From Verrucomicrobiota bacterium (lineage in GTDB: Bacteria; Verrucomicrobiota; Kiritimatiellia; JAAZAB01): a stretch of DNA of 64,000 nt. The position numbers and the translations under genes are program-made. Location: contig JAHIJO010000005.1 in the NCBI GenBank assembly GCA_018898455.1, positions 6,591 to 70,590 of the forward strand. Reading direction: 5' to 3'. Positions 27,591-36,548 of this stretch are shown here, in pieces (position 1 is the first letter of the stretch; each line of letters starts with the position of its first letter). The notes under the pieces were generated by a model. That model was not told the origin of the DNA. It saw only the letters and a list, made by a program, of their open reading frames with translations, and did no database searches.

Positions 27591-28687
27591 GATCCATTTC
27601 ATCGCTGAAAAAAACGCTTTCCATCGCGCTGCGACTGGCGCTGGCCTTCGGAATCATCTTTTACCTCCTGCATAAAATCGACATGCAGGCTCTGACGCTG
27701 ATCCTGCGGGAAAGTCTGAGCCAATGGGAATGGCTCATTGCCGGCATCGTGCTCAGCTATCTAGCCCTGCACGCCGGCATGATCCGGTGGAGCATCATTC
27801 TCGACGCCCAGGGACTGGAAATGTCAGCAAAGCGCTGTTTCAGCGTGTATTTCATCGGGCAATTTTTCAACTCGTTCATGTTCGGTTCCACCGGGGGCGA
27901 CCTGATCCGCGCCTTTTACGCGGCGAAGGAAACCCATCACAAGAAGACTGAAGCCGTGGCTACGGTGTTCATTGACCGGATGATCGGGCTCATCGCCCTC
28001 TATCTGATTGCCGCGATCATGCTGACGGTTCGAGTAAAGTTTTTCCTGAGCCAGTGGGAAACCCATCTGCCGGCGCTGATCATGATCGGCATGATCCTGG
28101 CCACCATGGTCGCCCTGATCGTGGTCTTCAATATCAATCGTTTTGCCAACTGGCCGCTGGTGGACAGAATCAAGCGGCACCCGACGCTCGGACGAACAAT
28201 CAAGCGCGTGTTGATTTCCATCTATCTGTACCGGCGCCGGACAGGCGTCCTGATACGGACCTCGCTTCTGTCGCTTTTAATCCAGGCGCTCACCGTTACG
28301 CAATGCTACTGCATCGGCCGGTGTTTCCAGATCAATATTGGCGTCGTGGATTACCTGACGGTCATTCCCATTATCATATCAATCGCGGCCATCCCGATCA
28401 CTCCCGGCGGACTGGGCATCCGCGAGGGACTCGCCGTCACCCTGCTCGGCGCGATGGGCGTCAACAGCGCTCAGTCTCTGCCGCTGTCCCTGATGATTTT
28501 CTTTATCTCCGTGGCCTGGAGCCTGGTAGGCGGCGTGATCTTCATGGGGTATTCAGCGAGCTCCGGACACACGGTCCACGAGGAAATGGTCGAGCTCGAA
28601 CACGAGACGGAGAGCGAAGACGGGGAGGAAGGGATCCCGAGCGCCCATGAACAAGACAACGTCATCCGAACGTGCCAGGGCCAATAA
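27587..28687 (+). CDS. Lysylphosphatidylglycerol-synthase-TM-like / flippase-like membrane protein (UPF0104 family)
   Basis: ATG overlaps the upstream stop (ATGA). 8 or so TM helices and the PGGLGIREG motif diagnostic of the LPG_synthase_TM family. Acidic C-terminal tail. The 3' end overlaps convergent murC by ~135 nt. Confidence 0.7.
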   Translation: MRSISSLKKTLSIALRLALAFGIIFYLLHKIDMQALTLILRESLSQWEWLIAGIVLSYLALHAGMIRWSIILDAQGLEMSAKRCFSVYFIGQFFNSFMFGSTGGDLIRAFYAAKETHHKKTEAVATVFIDRMIGLIALYLIAAIMLTVRVKFFLSQWETHLPALIMIGMILATMVALIVVFNINRFANWPLVDRIKRHPTLGRTIKRVLISIYLYRRRTGVLIRTSLLSLLIQALTVTQCYCIGRCFQINIGVVDYLTVIPIIISIAAIPITPGGLGIREGLAVTLLGAMGVNSAQSLPLSLMIFFISVAWSLVGGVIFMGYSASSGHTVHEEMVELEHETESEDGEEGIPSAHEQDNVIRTCQGQ

Positions 28688-29938
28688 CCGGGCTTGCAAG
28701 TCGTCATAACCGCCCACAGCCTCGGCCGCCACGCCCGCGCGCGCCAGGCGCTCCACGAGCCGGACGGAATCAACCGTTGCCTGGACCGTACCCCCCGCGT
28801 AATACACCGGCATGATCAGCACACGATCATCGCCACGAATCACGGCGGCAAATGCCCGGGTAAGTTCCTCCATCATCAAGGCCAGCGGCGCAAAACCGTG
28901 CGGGCGCCACACGGCAATGACCCGCTTAAAATGAGGCGCCACAGCTTGCCAGGCGGCCGTGATTTTGGCCGGATTATGCGCATAATCATCGATAACCGTC
29001 ACGCCTTTGGCCTTACCAATCCATTCCAGGCGCCGCTGAATTCCGCGAAAGGTGGTCAAGGCGCGGCTTACTTCCGGCAGGCTCAGCCCCAGGCGCTCGC
29101 ACATCCGGACACAATGCAGGGCGTTCTCAGCGTTATGCCGCCCAAGCATGGTAATTTCAAATACCACCCCCTGGTAATCAAACGCACACCCCTGCGCCGA
29201 CAGGCGGGGCTGAAATGTGTCCGGGAAATCCGGCGGGGCACCATAACAGCCCACCACGCCGCGCCGGACTTTGCAGGCAAACTCCTGAAACAGCCGCCGG
29301 ACTTCATCCAGCTCAAAATGATCCTTCGAGATGTTGGTAATGACCGCCCAATCCGGATCAAACTGCAGCAACGAACGATCGCTTTCATCCGCTTCCAGCA
29401 CCCAGATTGCGCCTTGACCGATCCGCACATTGCCAATGGCATCATCGGTCATCCAGTTGAGCACGGCGCCGCCGTTGACCACCATGGGATCCAGCCCCAT
29501 CTGTTCCAATACCCATCCGATCATGCCGGTGACGGTCGTTTTGCCGGCGGTGCCGGTCACCGCAATCGTGGTGACGGAACGAGCCAGGCGGGCCAGCATT
29601 TCGGCCCTATGGATGATGGGAACTCCCAGCCGGCGCGCCGCCGCCAGATCAGGGTTATCCGGTTCAATGGCCGTACTGACAACTACGCCGGCGGTGTCGG
29701 GCCGGACGCCGGCCCCGTCCTGCGGGACGAGGCCCACGCCGGCCCGGCGGAGTTTATCCAGAACGGACAATTCCTGGCCACTATCGAGATAGCGATCGGA
29801 CCCCGTAACCTTGAACCCCTGGGCCAATAGGACCTGGGCCAGGGCGCTCATACCCACGCCGGCAACCCCGACCAGATGAACATGGGCAGGCGGTTGAATA
29901 ATTGTCCGCCGAGGAAGGAACTTCGTATCCATCGTCAT
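28553..29938 (-). CDS. murC: UDP-N-acetylmuramate--L-alanine ligase (Mur ligase family)
   Basis: N-terminus VHLVGVAGVGMSALAQVLLAQGFKVTGSD.. and ..GVPIIHRAEMLARLAR.. match MurC. Mur ligase middle-domain GTAGKTT P-loop. Confidence 0.7.
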   Translation of the reverse strand: MTMDTKFLPRRTIIQPPAHVHLVGVAGVGMSALAQVLLAQGFKVTGSDRYLDSGQELSVLDKLRRAGVGLVPQDGAGVRPDTAGVVVSTAIEPDNPDLAAARRLGVPIIHRAEMLARLARSVTTIAVTGTAGKTTVTGMIGWVLEQMGLDPMVVNGGAVLNWMTDDAIGNVRIGQGAIWVLEADESDRSLLQFDPDWAVITNISKDHFELDEVRRLFQEFACKVRRGVVGCYGAPPDFPDTFQPRLSAQGCAFDYQGVVFEITMLGRHNAENALHCVRMCERLGLSLPEVSRALTTFRGIQRRLEWIGKAKGVTVIDDYAHNPAKITAAWQAVAPHFKRVIAVWRPHGFAPLALMMEELTRAFAAVIRGDDRVLIMPVYYAGGTVQATVDSVRLVERLARAGVAAEAVGGYDDLQARLLALARSDDVVLFMGARDPFLPVFALRLVFELDHFLVDRVSGAR

Positions 29939-30037
29939 TACTATCTATCTTTATAACATAAAAAGTGCGAAAAATGAGTGAGGCAGAACGTCCAGCATGT
30001 CCGGCGCGAGCACCGCCTACGGACCATGCCGTTGGAT

Positions 30038-31285
30038 TCAGTCTTGACTCAGCAGGTCAATCAAGTTCTCAAAACGTCGCGCGATATACGAGTACTCGCA
30101 CTTGCCTTTCACATCCCGATCGTCACGAAGTGTGCGAAGGGCATCCGCAATCAGTTTGCGATCCGTTGTGATGATGTCTTCAATGAGCGGGGCCGCAGAG
30201 TTCGAGTAGAAGACCTCGCGGACGTTGCCATAGGTTGTTCGTCCACCCCGCGAGCCAAGATAGGTCAAGACTAGGTACTTCAGAATCTTCTCCTTCGGGT
30301 CGTCAGGGCAGAAAATGAAGCCACTGACCTCTGTGAATGATCGAATCACGTCCCCGTGTTTCTCGTATGCGCCCCAGCTTGTTCCTATAGCGTGCATGGC
30401 ATTGTAGATGGAATCAAAAAAGTCAATCACCTGAGAACGCTTGAGATAGGAGAGTAGGCCCATTGCAGAGGCTACGCATGCCTGCCGACGATCAAGCGTC
30501 GTTCGTCCAATCTTCTCCTGAAGGTGCTTGGCCAGACTGAGGCGAACGGCATTCTGCGTCAATGAGGACAATCTCGTCAGAAAAGTGAAGGCGTTCTGCT
30601 GAACAATCTCCGACTGCCCTTTGTTCAGCGAAACACTCATCAGAAACTTCAGGATCTCTTCCTGCCGAGGGGCAGGAGCAGACCGGAATTCCTCAAGAAG
30701 TGTCTCTGTCGGAACAGCCGGAGTTGCTCCTTCGACAATATCCTTAACGTCCGTAACTCTGAGCAACTGCACGGGGTCTCGCGACAGCACAACGTCTATG
30801 CATGTTCTGAATACATAGACGCAGTCTTCGATTCCTGCCTCGTACTCATCATCCTCATGCTCTAGGTCGCGTCTAATTTCATAGCAGCGCGACAGTCGCC
30901 TCCATTCCGGACGTGAAAGGAATCCTATTTTGTAGGCAAGGTCAACCAGTTTTGCCGTGGGATAATGTTCCAGATCCTCTGCCGTTGCCACAGGAGGGAG
31001 CTTCGCCTGAATTGCTGCCTCTTTGGCGATGTCCAGACCAGCAACAATGATTTTCTCACGCAGATCATGGATGGCCGCATTGAGGATGCGTTGACAGGCG
31101 CTACTTGGATCGACTTCAAGGAGACGTTGAACCCTTGTGATCAGATTCTTGGTTTTCCACGACGGCCTAATCTGGTCCATCAAGGAAGGCACCTCCGACC
31201 TGCGGATGATCTCAACATGTTCGGCTGGTACGATTTCGTTTGTCATATTTTTTCTATCCAACGTCCTGCACACTCCCACCCTCAA
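30038..31285 (-). CDS. Hypothetical protein, fourth gene of the restriction-modification operon (no recognisable domain)
   Basis: Start (TTG 31285, or ATG 31246 MTNEIV..) overlaps the vsr stop (TTGA). 400-415 aa, no Walker or nuclease motifs detected. Codon/GC usage similar to the RM genes. Confidence 0.55.
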   Translation of the reverse strand: MRVGVCRTLDRKNMTNEIVPAEHVEIIRRSEVPSLMDQIRPSWKTKNLITRVQRLLEVDPSSACQRILNAAIHDLREKIIVAGLDIAKEAAIQAKLPPVATAEDLEHYPTAKLVDLAYKIGFLSRPEWRRLSRCYEIRRDLEHEDDEYEAGIEDCVYVFRTCIDVVLSRDPVQLLRVTDVKDIVEGATPAVPTETLLEEFRSAPAPRQEEILKFLMSVSLNKGQSEIVQQNAFTFLTRLSSLTQNAVRLSLAKHLQEKIGRTTLDRRQACVASAMGLLSYLKRSQVIDFFDSIYNAMHAIGTSWGAYEKHGDVIRSFTEVSGFIFCPDDPKEKILKYLVLTYLGSRGGRTTYGNVREVFYSNSAAPLIEDIITTDRKLIADALRTLRDDRDVKGKCEYSYIARRFENLIDLLSQD

Positions 31286-31737
31286 CTTACCCGTCTGCGG
31301 GCAAGTTGTAGTGGTGGAGTGCGTTGCTGGACAATTGCTTTCAATTTCTGGACCTTCCGCGATTTCTTGCCAACCGTCAAATCATGTTCCCACAATCTGA
31401 TGACAAACCATCCTGTTAGTCGCAGAAAGAGATTTGTTTTTTTGTCCCGCGCCTTGTTGTGTTCGATCTTCGCCCGCCAGTAGGCGCGTTTGCTGTGCGG
31501 CATTCGGCAGTGCCGGGGGCAACCATGCCAGAAGCAACCGTCAACAAAGACGGCTACGCGCTCACGCGGGAAAACGAAGTCGGGCTTCCCATGAACGGGG
31601 AGTCTGCGCCGCCAGCCGGTGATGCCGGTTTCCCTGAAAAGCTGGATCATGCGCAACTCCGTCGAGCGATTCCCTTCGGACTTCACTTGCGACATGATGC
31701 GGGATCTGGTTTTTGGCGTCACGTTGTCCATAAGCAA
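31282..31737 (-). CDS. vsr: Very short patch repair endonuclease
   Basis: ..TELRMIQLFRETGITGWRRRLPVHGKPDFVFPRERVAVFVDGCFWHGC.. is the canonical Vsr signature (FVDG.FWHG). Confidence 0.9.
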   Translation of the reverse strand: MLMDNVTPKTRSRIMSQVKSEGNRSTELRMIQLFRETGITGWRRRLPVHGKPDFVFPRERVAVFVDGCFWHGCPRHCRMPHSKRAYWRAKIEHNKARDKKTNLFLRLTGWFVIRLWEHDLTVGKKSRKVQKLKAIVQQRTPPLQLARRRVS

Positions 31738-32841
31738 TCATAGGGAAATAATCGTCCGGGGCCTCTTGTTCAGGAGTTTGGCTTCCAATAGGGATTTCGG
31801 GGGTATGCTGGCGGCTTGCAGCAGTTTATTGAAGTCGGTGTCTCCCTGAATCGGGGGTATCTGCCCGGCATAGAGGTTGTCCACCTCCAACGGGCGGATG
31901 CCAGTGCGGGAACGTGCCGCATAGCGTAGGCTGAGAATGTTCACTTCCTTCAACACTTCCGAAATCAGTTTCCGCATATTCAAGTCGGTGGTGTTGGAGA
32001 TATAGGCGGCGAGCGCATCTTGAAGAATCCAGATGGTTTGGCCGCCCCATGCTTTCCCGATCTGCGACTTGACGATCAACTGACTAACCATTCGCGCCCA
32101 GACCTGCCTGTAGTTGATACCTGGCGCTGCGTGCGGTTGGCCCAGGATGGCCTTACGGAAGGCATTCTGAATCGTCGTTCCCTTGGTCTTGTTCCCACCC
32201 GACGTGCTTGAAGTCATAACCTCGATCACTAAGGGCTGGCCTGCCGGGTATTCTTCGATGTACTTCCGACCGCCACGACTTGCGAGTGTGTAACCGTTCT
32301 TGGTCAAGGCAGATTCAAGTTTGCGCTCGATAATTCCGAGTGTGTTTGCCGTTTCGGAAAGCAGTTTCGGGCGGATTGGACAAATGATGTAGTCGAAGGT
32401 GTAATCAAAGATCTTATCGGCGTCGGCCTCATCTTCGGCCTCCTCCGAGTGCTTGATCTTCACTTCAGACCAGACGCCGGCCTTGCAGGGCAAGGCGTTG
32501 GGTGCGAATCGCCGCAACAGACCTTCGCAGAAGCCCTCGTGTGATGTGTGACCTCCGCCCTTATCCAAGACAAAGAGACGGCGGGGGCAAACGATCCACG
32601 TTTCATCGGACGTGGAAAGCGAACACACGCCAGCCGGAATGTCCGCTGTCTTGCCGTCAAAGAACGTGACCAGTTCGCGGTCGCGGGTCGCGTCAAGGTG
32701 TAAGAACGATTGATAGCGATTGCCGCCGCCGTCACACATCTGTCCCATGAATGGGCAAAGACACTGTTTTCGGTGTCGTTTGGCTTCTGCTGTGTGGTCT
32801 TCTGTAAGGAATCCAAATAATTCATATATCTTGGAACTCAT
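31738..32841 (-). CDS. Type II restriction endonuclease, NotI-family-like
   Basis: N-terminal Cys cluster (..CLCPF..C....GVC......WIVCPRRLF) parallels the NotI Fe-Cys4 motif (..CPF..C..GVC...WLVCPNRAL). Central ..VIEVMTSS.. resembles the NotI catalytic region. Confidence 0.65.
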   Translation of the reverse strand: MSSKIYELFGFLTEDHTAEAKRHRKQCLCPFMGQMCDGGGNRYQSFLHLDATRDRELVTFFDGKTADIPAGVCSLSTSDETWIVCPRRLFVLDKGGGHTSHEGFCEGLLRRFAPNALPCKAGVWSEVKIKHSEEAEDEADADKIFDYTFDYIICPIRPKLLSETANTLGIIERKLESALTKNGYTLASRGGRKYIEEYPAGQPLVIEVMTSSTSGGNKTKGTTIQNAFRKAILGQPHAAPGINYRQVWARMVSQLIVKSQIGKAWGGQTIWILQDALAAYISNTTDLNMRKLISEVLKEVNILSLRYAARSRTGIRPLEVDNLYAGQIPPIQGDTDFNKLLQAASIPPKSLLEAKLLNKRPRTIISL

Positions 32842-34043
32842 GCTAACACCTTCGCGATCTGCGCCGCAACCACTTGCGCGAGTGGCGGGGGTACGGAGTT
32901 GGCGACAAGTCGGTGCTGATCAAGGTTTTTGACTGTCCCCGATCTGCTACGGATGGGCCCGCAGAGAATGTACTCGTCCGGATATCTGTGAAGGCGCAGA
33001 TACTCGCGGGGGGTCAAGTATCTATCCTCGACGGGATGGAAGAATATCTCGCCGCAACGAAGGGTTAAGGATGGTTCGAGCCGATGCAATCTGCGGTACT
33101 TCGTCGTGTCCTTTTTCGTAAGGTTGCATTTCAAATCTGGTGGAGCATTCAGGGTTCCGGCCAAGAAACCGCCTTCGGCTACGGGGTGAATACGTTCACG
33201 ATCACGGTCGGGGGTCACGTCAACATGGTTCGGGAAAGCGGGTTGAGTTCCTTTTGCTGCTGGTGGCGGCAGGCCGCCTAGGACCGTCCCCGATCCGACA
33301 TATGGTTTGAGCGTGAAGAGGGGCGTTTCTTCGGGGTCTTCGGCATGAGTGGGCGGCGGGAAAGAGAAGCCATTTTCGCCCTTTCGCGCCACGATGAAGA
33401 CGCGTTCGCGCAGTTGCGGGACGCCATAGTCGGCGGCGCAAAGCACAGCCCACTTGACGCAGTAACCGAGTTGTTCGAGTTCGCGGATGAACCGTTTGAA
33501 GACGCCGCCTGCCTCGCCCTTTTCGTCGGGGGCGCTCAACAGTCCTTTTACTTGTTCAAGCAAGATAGCGCGAGGTTTCAAGGCCGCAGCAAAGCGGATC
33601 ATCTCAAATAGGAGGAGGCCGCGTGAGTCGCCGAGGGAACCGCGTTTGCCGATGAGAGAGAAGGCTTGGCACGGTGGCCCACCGTGAAGGAGATCAATTC
33701 CAGGCTCCGCCACTGCAAGAGGGTCAACCATGCGGATGTCCGCTTCGACGATCTTTGTCTCGGCATTTTTTCGTTTGGCGTTGAACCGCAGGGTCTCGGC
33801 GGCATTCGGATCGAACTCCACACAAGCGAGATTCCTGAACCCGGCGGTTTCGACGCCGATGTCCATCCCGCCTCCGCCGCTGAACAGGGAAACCGAAGTC
33901 AGTTTGCGGCCATAACCGGCGGCGGACTCCTTCACCATGCGGGGCTTCTTGGCGCGTTTTTTCACGCTTTTGCTCATGGGGCTACTGTACACCATTCGCC
34001 TGTCTCTTGGTAGTGTCATTTTTCTGTCTTGTCCAACATCCAT
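32838..34043 (-). CDS. DNA (cytosine-5)-methyltransferase
   Basis: Motif I SLFSGGGGMDIG, motif IV GGPPCQAFS, motif VI ENVKGL-like (LLEQVKGLLS). Overlaps the endonuclease gene start by 4 nt. Confidence 0.9.
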   Translation of the reverse strand: MDVGQDRKMTLPRDRRMVYSSPMSKSVKKRAKKPRMVKESAAGYGRKLTSVSLFSGGGGMDIGVETAGFRNLACVEFDPNAAETLRFNAKRKNAETKIVEADIRMVDPLAVAEPGIDLLHGGPPCQAFSLIGKRGSLGDSRGLLLFEMIRFAAALKPRAILLEQVKGLLSAPDEKGEAGGVFKRFIRELEQLGYCVKWAVLCAADYGVPQLRERVFIVARKGENGFSFPPPTHAEDPEETPLFTLKPYVGSGTVLGGLPPPAAKGTQPAFPNHVDVTPDRDRERIHPVAEGGFLAGTLNAPPDLKCNLTKKDTTKYRRLHRLEPSLTLRCGEIFFHPVEDRYLTPREYLRLHRYPDEYILCGPIRSRSGTVKNLDQHRLVANSVPPPLAQVVAAQIAKVLA

Positions 34044-34060
34044 TCAACAATAATCTGAAG

Positions 34061-34079
34061 TTCAACGTTGAGCGTTGAA
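34061..34079. promoter_or_regulatory. Palindrome TTCAACG-TTGAG-CGTTGAA in the RM operon promoter region
   Basis: 7-bp perfect arms with a 5-nt spacer, extended imperfectly (CTGAAGTTCAACG / CGTTGAAAGTTGTTCAG). 20-40 nt upstream of the MTase ATG (34043). Confidence 0.3.
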
Positions 34080-34105
34080 AGTTGTTCAGTGACGGCGAGG
34101 CCGTC

Positions 34106-35164
34106 TCAGGGATACTTGCCCGGCTGATTGAGCCCATCCGTTTCCGGAAACCCGAAAAGGAGGTTCATATTTTGCAGCGCGGACCCCGCCTGCCCTTTCA
34201 TGAGATTGTCGATATGCGAAATGATCCGGAGCTTATTCGTCCGGGCATCGACATCCACGATCAGATTGCAGTAATTTGTGCCGCGGACATGGGCCGAACC
34301 GATTCCTGAATCGCGATCAAACAGACGCACAAAGGTCTGGCCCCGGTAAAACTCCCGGTACGCGGAGGCCACATCGTCCGCAGATATGCCGTCAGCCAGT
34401 TCGCCGTAGAGCGATGACATGATCCCTCGGCAAACAGGCACCACCTGGGCTGTAAAAGCAATCTTCAGGGCAGTCCCGGCAAGCAAGCCCAACTCCCGCT
34501 CAATTTCGCAGACATGCTGATGCCCCGCCAGTTTGTAGGCATTCATGTGGTCGTAGCGGGCCGGATAATGAAATCCGGCCGACGGCTTCTTACCGGCGCC
34601 CGAAACGCCGGTCTTGCAGTCACAGATGATGCTATTGAACCGGATGAGACGCTGTTTGACTGCCGGCGCCAGACCCAGGATACAGCTGACGGCAAAACAA
34701 CCGGGATTGCCGACAATCCGCGTTGTCGCACCCAATTCCTTGCGATGCAATTCGGTCAATCCGTAAACCGCCGGAGGAAGCAGTTCCGGGGAAGCATGCT
34801 TGGGATCCCGCCCGATACGCGTCGCATATTCGGCATAGCTTTCCGTTGAATTAAACCGGAAATCTCCGCTGTAATCGATGACTTTGACGCCGGCCTTCAA
34901 CTCGGCCGGGGCAAGTTTCATACCAACGCCGTCAGGAGTGGCCATGAAAACCACGTCCACAGGCTCCTTTGCTTTCGGATCGTCCGCGCCGATAATGGGC
35001 AGGTCGCAGAAGCCCGTCAAATGGGGATAGAGCTTGCTGATCGGCACGCCGACATCCGTCACATCCACGAGACAGGCGATTTTCGCCCGGGGATGCCCCA
35101 TCAGCAGTTCCGTGATGCCCACGCCGCCATACCCGCCCGCGCCAATGATTTTCACCTTAATCAT
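34106..35164 (-). CDS. argC: N-acetyl-gamma-glutamyl-phosphate reductase
   Basis: MIKVKIIGAGGYGGVGITELL.. and active-site Cys motif GNPGCFAVS. Confidence 0.9.
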   Translation of the reverse strand: MIKVKIIGAGGYGGVGITELLMGHPRAKIACLVDVTDVGVPISKLYPHLTGFCDLPIIGADDPKAKEPVDVVFMATPDGVGMKLAPAELKAGVKVIDYSGDFRFNSTESYAEYATRIGRDPKHASPELLPPAVYGLTELHRKELGATTRIVGNPGCFAVSCILGLAPAVKQRLIRFNSIICDCKTGVSGAGKKPSAGFHYPARYDHMNAYKLAGHQHVCEIERELGLLAGTALKIAFTAQVVPVCRGIMSSLYGELADGISADDVASAYREFYRGQTFVRLFDRDSGIGSAHVRGTNYCNLIVDVDARTNKLRIISHIDNLMKGQAGSALQNMNLLFGFPETDGLNQPGKYP

Positions 35165-35247
35165 AAACCTGATTCCTTTGGTTAATTCAGAATACGCTAA
35201 AACAAATTGATACTAGAAGGTTTTCGTTGGTTTTTCAAACCCAATTG

Positions 35248-36492
35248 TCAGCTGACCGTTTGGTGGGCAATGCGGGTCCATTCGTCAAATCTTTCCGGAT
35301 GGTTATTGCACGTATGGGTATCCAACAGCACAATTTCCAGAATGCATCCATGGTGGCGAGCGGTCTCGACCGTATGGCGCAGGTAACTCTCGATTCGTGA
35401 CGGATTGAAAGCGCCCACCAGGTGCGCCGGCTGCGGCTTCCACATGAAAATAACCTCCCCCTTGATCCGTTGTGCGCACTGCTCCACATTGGCCCATGGG
35501 GAAATCGAGACACGACGCAGATTGGGAATGGTGAGCACAAAGTCCAGCTTCCTGGTGACGTCATCGCAGCAGCCATAACCATTGAGGCCAAAAGGCATCA
35601 GCAGGCGCTTTTCATAGGGGAAAGCAAACTCTGCGTGCATTTCCGGCGAAACCACCGCCATTTCCTGCGCTTCCGCCCAGCCCCACATGTTTTCGGGCCG
35701 GACATGATCAGGATCATATCCCGGCTGGGGCAATTGATCCGTATAGCCGTATCCGCTCGTATAAATTGGGGTGTTGTCGTTGTTGAGGCTCAACAAATCC
35801 TGTTCCACGTACTGCCGCAAGACCCGCCGATGTCCTTCTTCAAAAAACGCCATCGCCTCGTGGAGCATCTGCGGATTGTCGAGCATGTCCACCAGGACCT
35901 CCTGCAGTCCCCGCAAGGCGGTGTACTGGTTCATCAGGTGATAAGAGAGGTCGCAAACTCCCTTCAGCCTGACTTCCAGAATGTCCCCGAATAGTGCCTG
36001 GAAGAAATCGTGTTGCTCCCGGGTCGCCACGGCGTCATAAATGATTTCAGGAAATCTTAATTTCTTAAGATCGTCAGCCGCCAGAATGACCGGTTCAAAA
36101 CCGAACGCCCCACGGGCATCGTCAGAGTGGGTGCGCCGCGGAGTCAGCCCCCACCCGGAATGATGGATTACCTTACGCACCACCCATTCCTTCTCAATCA
36201 CATTGTCACTCGCAAAATGCTCGGCAACGTAGATGCGGCGGCGTAATGCCAGTTCTATCCCCCGCGCCACCTTGTCCCGACAAAGCAACGCATCCTCCGA
36301 AATCAGCTCGCACCACGCCCCTTGCGGATCAACGTAAACGACGGGGCGGACCGGCTCCAGCGCATTGTGCCGCCGCCAAAGATCACGGCGTGTGGCCATG
36401 ATCGGGCCGACTGCAATTTCGGCAACCCGCCGGGCAAGATCGCGTACTATTTGCCTGTCTTCGGAGTAGATTGACGGGGGTGTCGCTGGCAT
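35248..36492 (-). CDS. Uroporphyrinogen-decarboxylase (URO-D) family-like protein, paralog of 38472..39665
   Basis: Shares a series of aligned motifs with the other URO-D-like ORF (MLDNP/MYEDP; ..FAFPYEKRLLMPF / ..FVFPYHKRLFDEF; GYGCCDD / IHLCGD). Confidence 0.5.
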   Translation of the reverse strand: MPATPPSIYSEDRQIVRDLARRVAEIAVGPIMATRRDLWRRHNALEPVRPVVYVDPQGAWCELISEDALLCRDKVARGIELALRRRIYVAEHFASDNVIEKEWVVRKVIHHSGWGLTPRRTHSDDARGAFGFEPVILAADDLKKLRFPEIIYDAVATREQHDFFQALFGDILEVRLKGVCDLSYHLMNQYTALRGLQEVLVDMLDNPQMLHEAMAFFEEGHRRVLRQYVEQDLLSLNNDNTPIYTSGYGYTDQLPQPGYDPDHVRPENMWGWAEAQEMAVVSPEMHAEFAFPYEKRLLMPFGLNGYGCCDDVTRKLDFVLTIPNLRRVSISPWANVEQCAQRIKGEVIFMWKPQPAHLVGAFNPSRIESYLRHTVETARHHGCILEIVLLDTHTCNNHPERFDEWTRIAHQTVS

Positions 36493-36548
36493 CTGATCTC
36501 CCTTTTATATGTGGCAAGCCTTCTGCAAGTTCATCATTGAGCCACCTT

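Noticed and set aside
28694-29830. 378-aa plus-strand ORF
   Set aside because: Antisense to murC. Composition His/Arg/Gly-rich.
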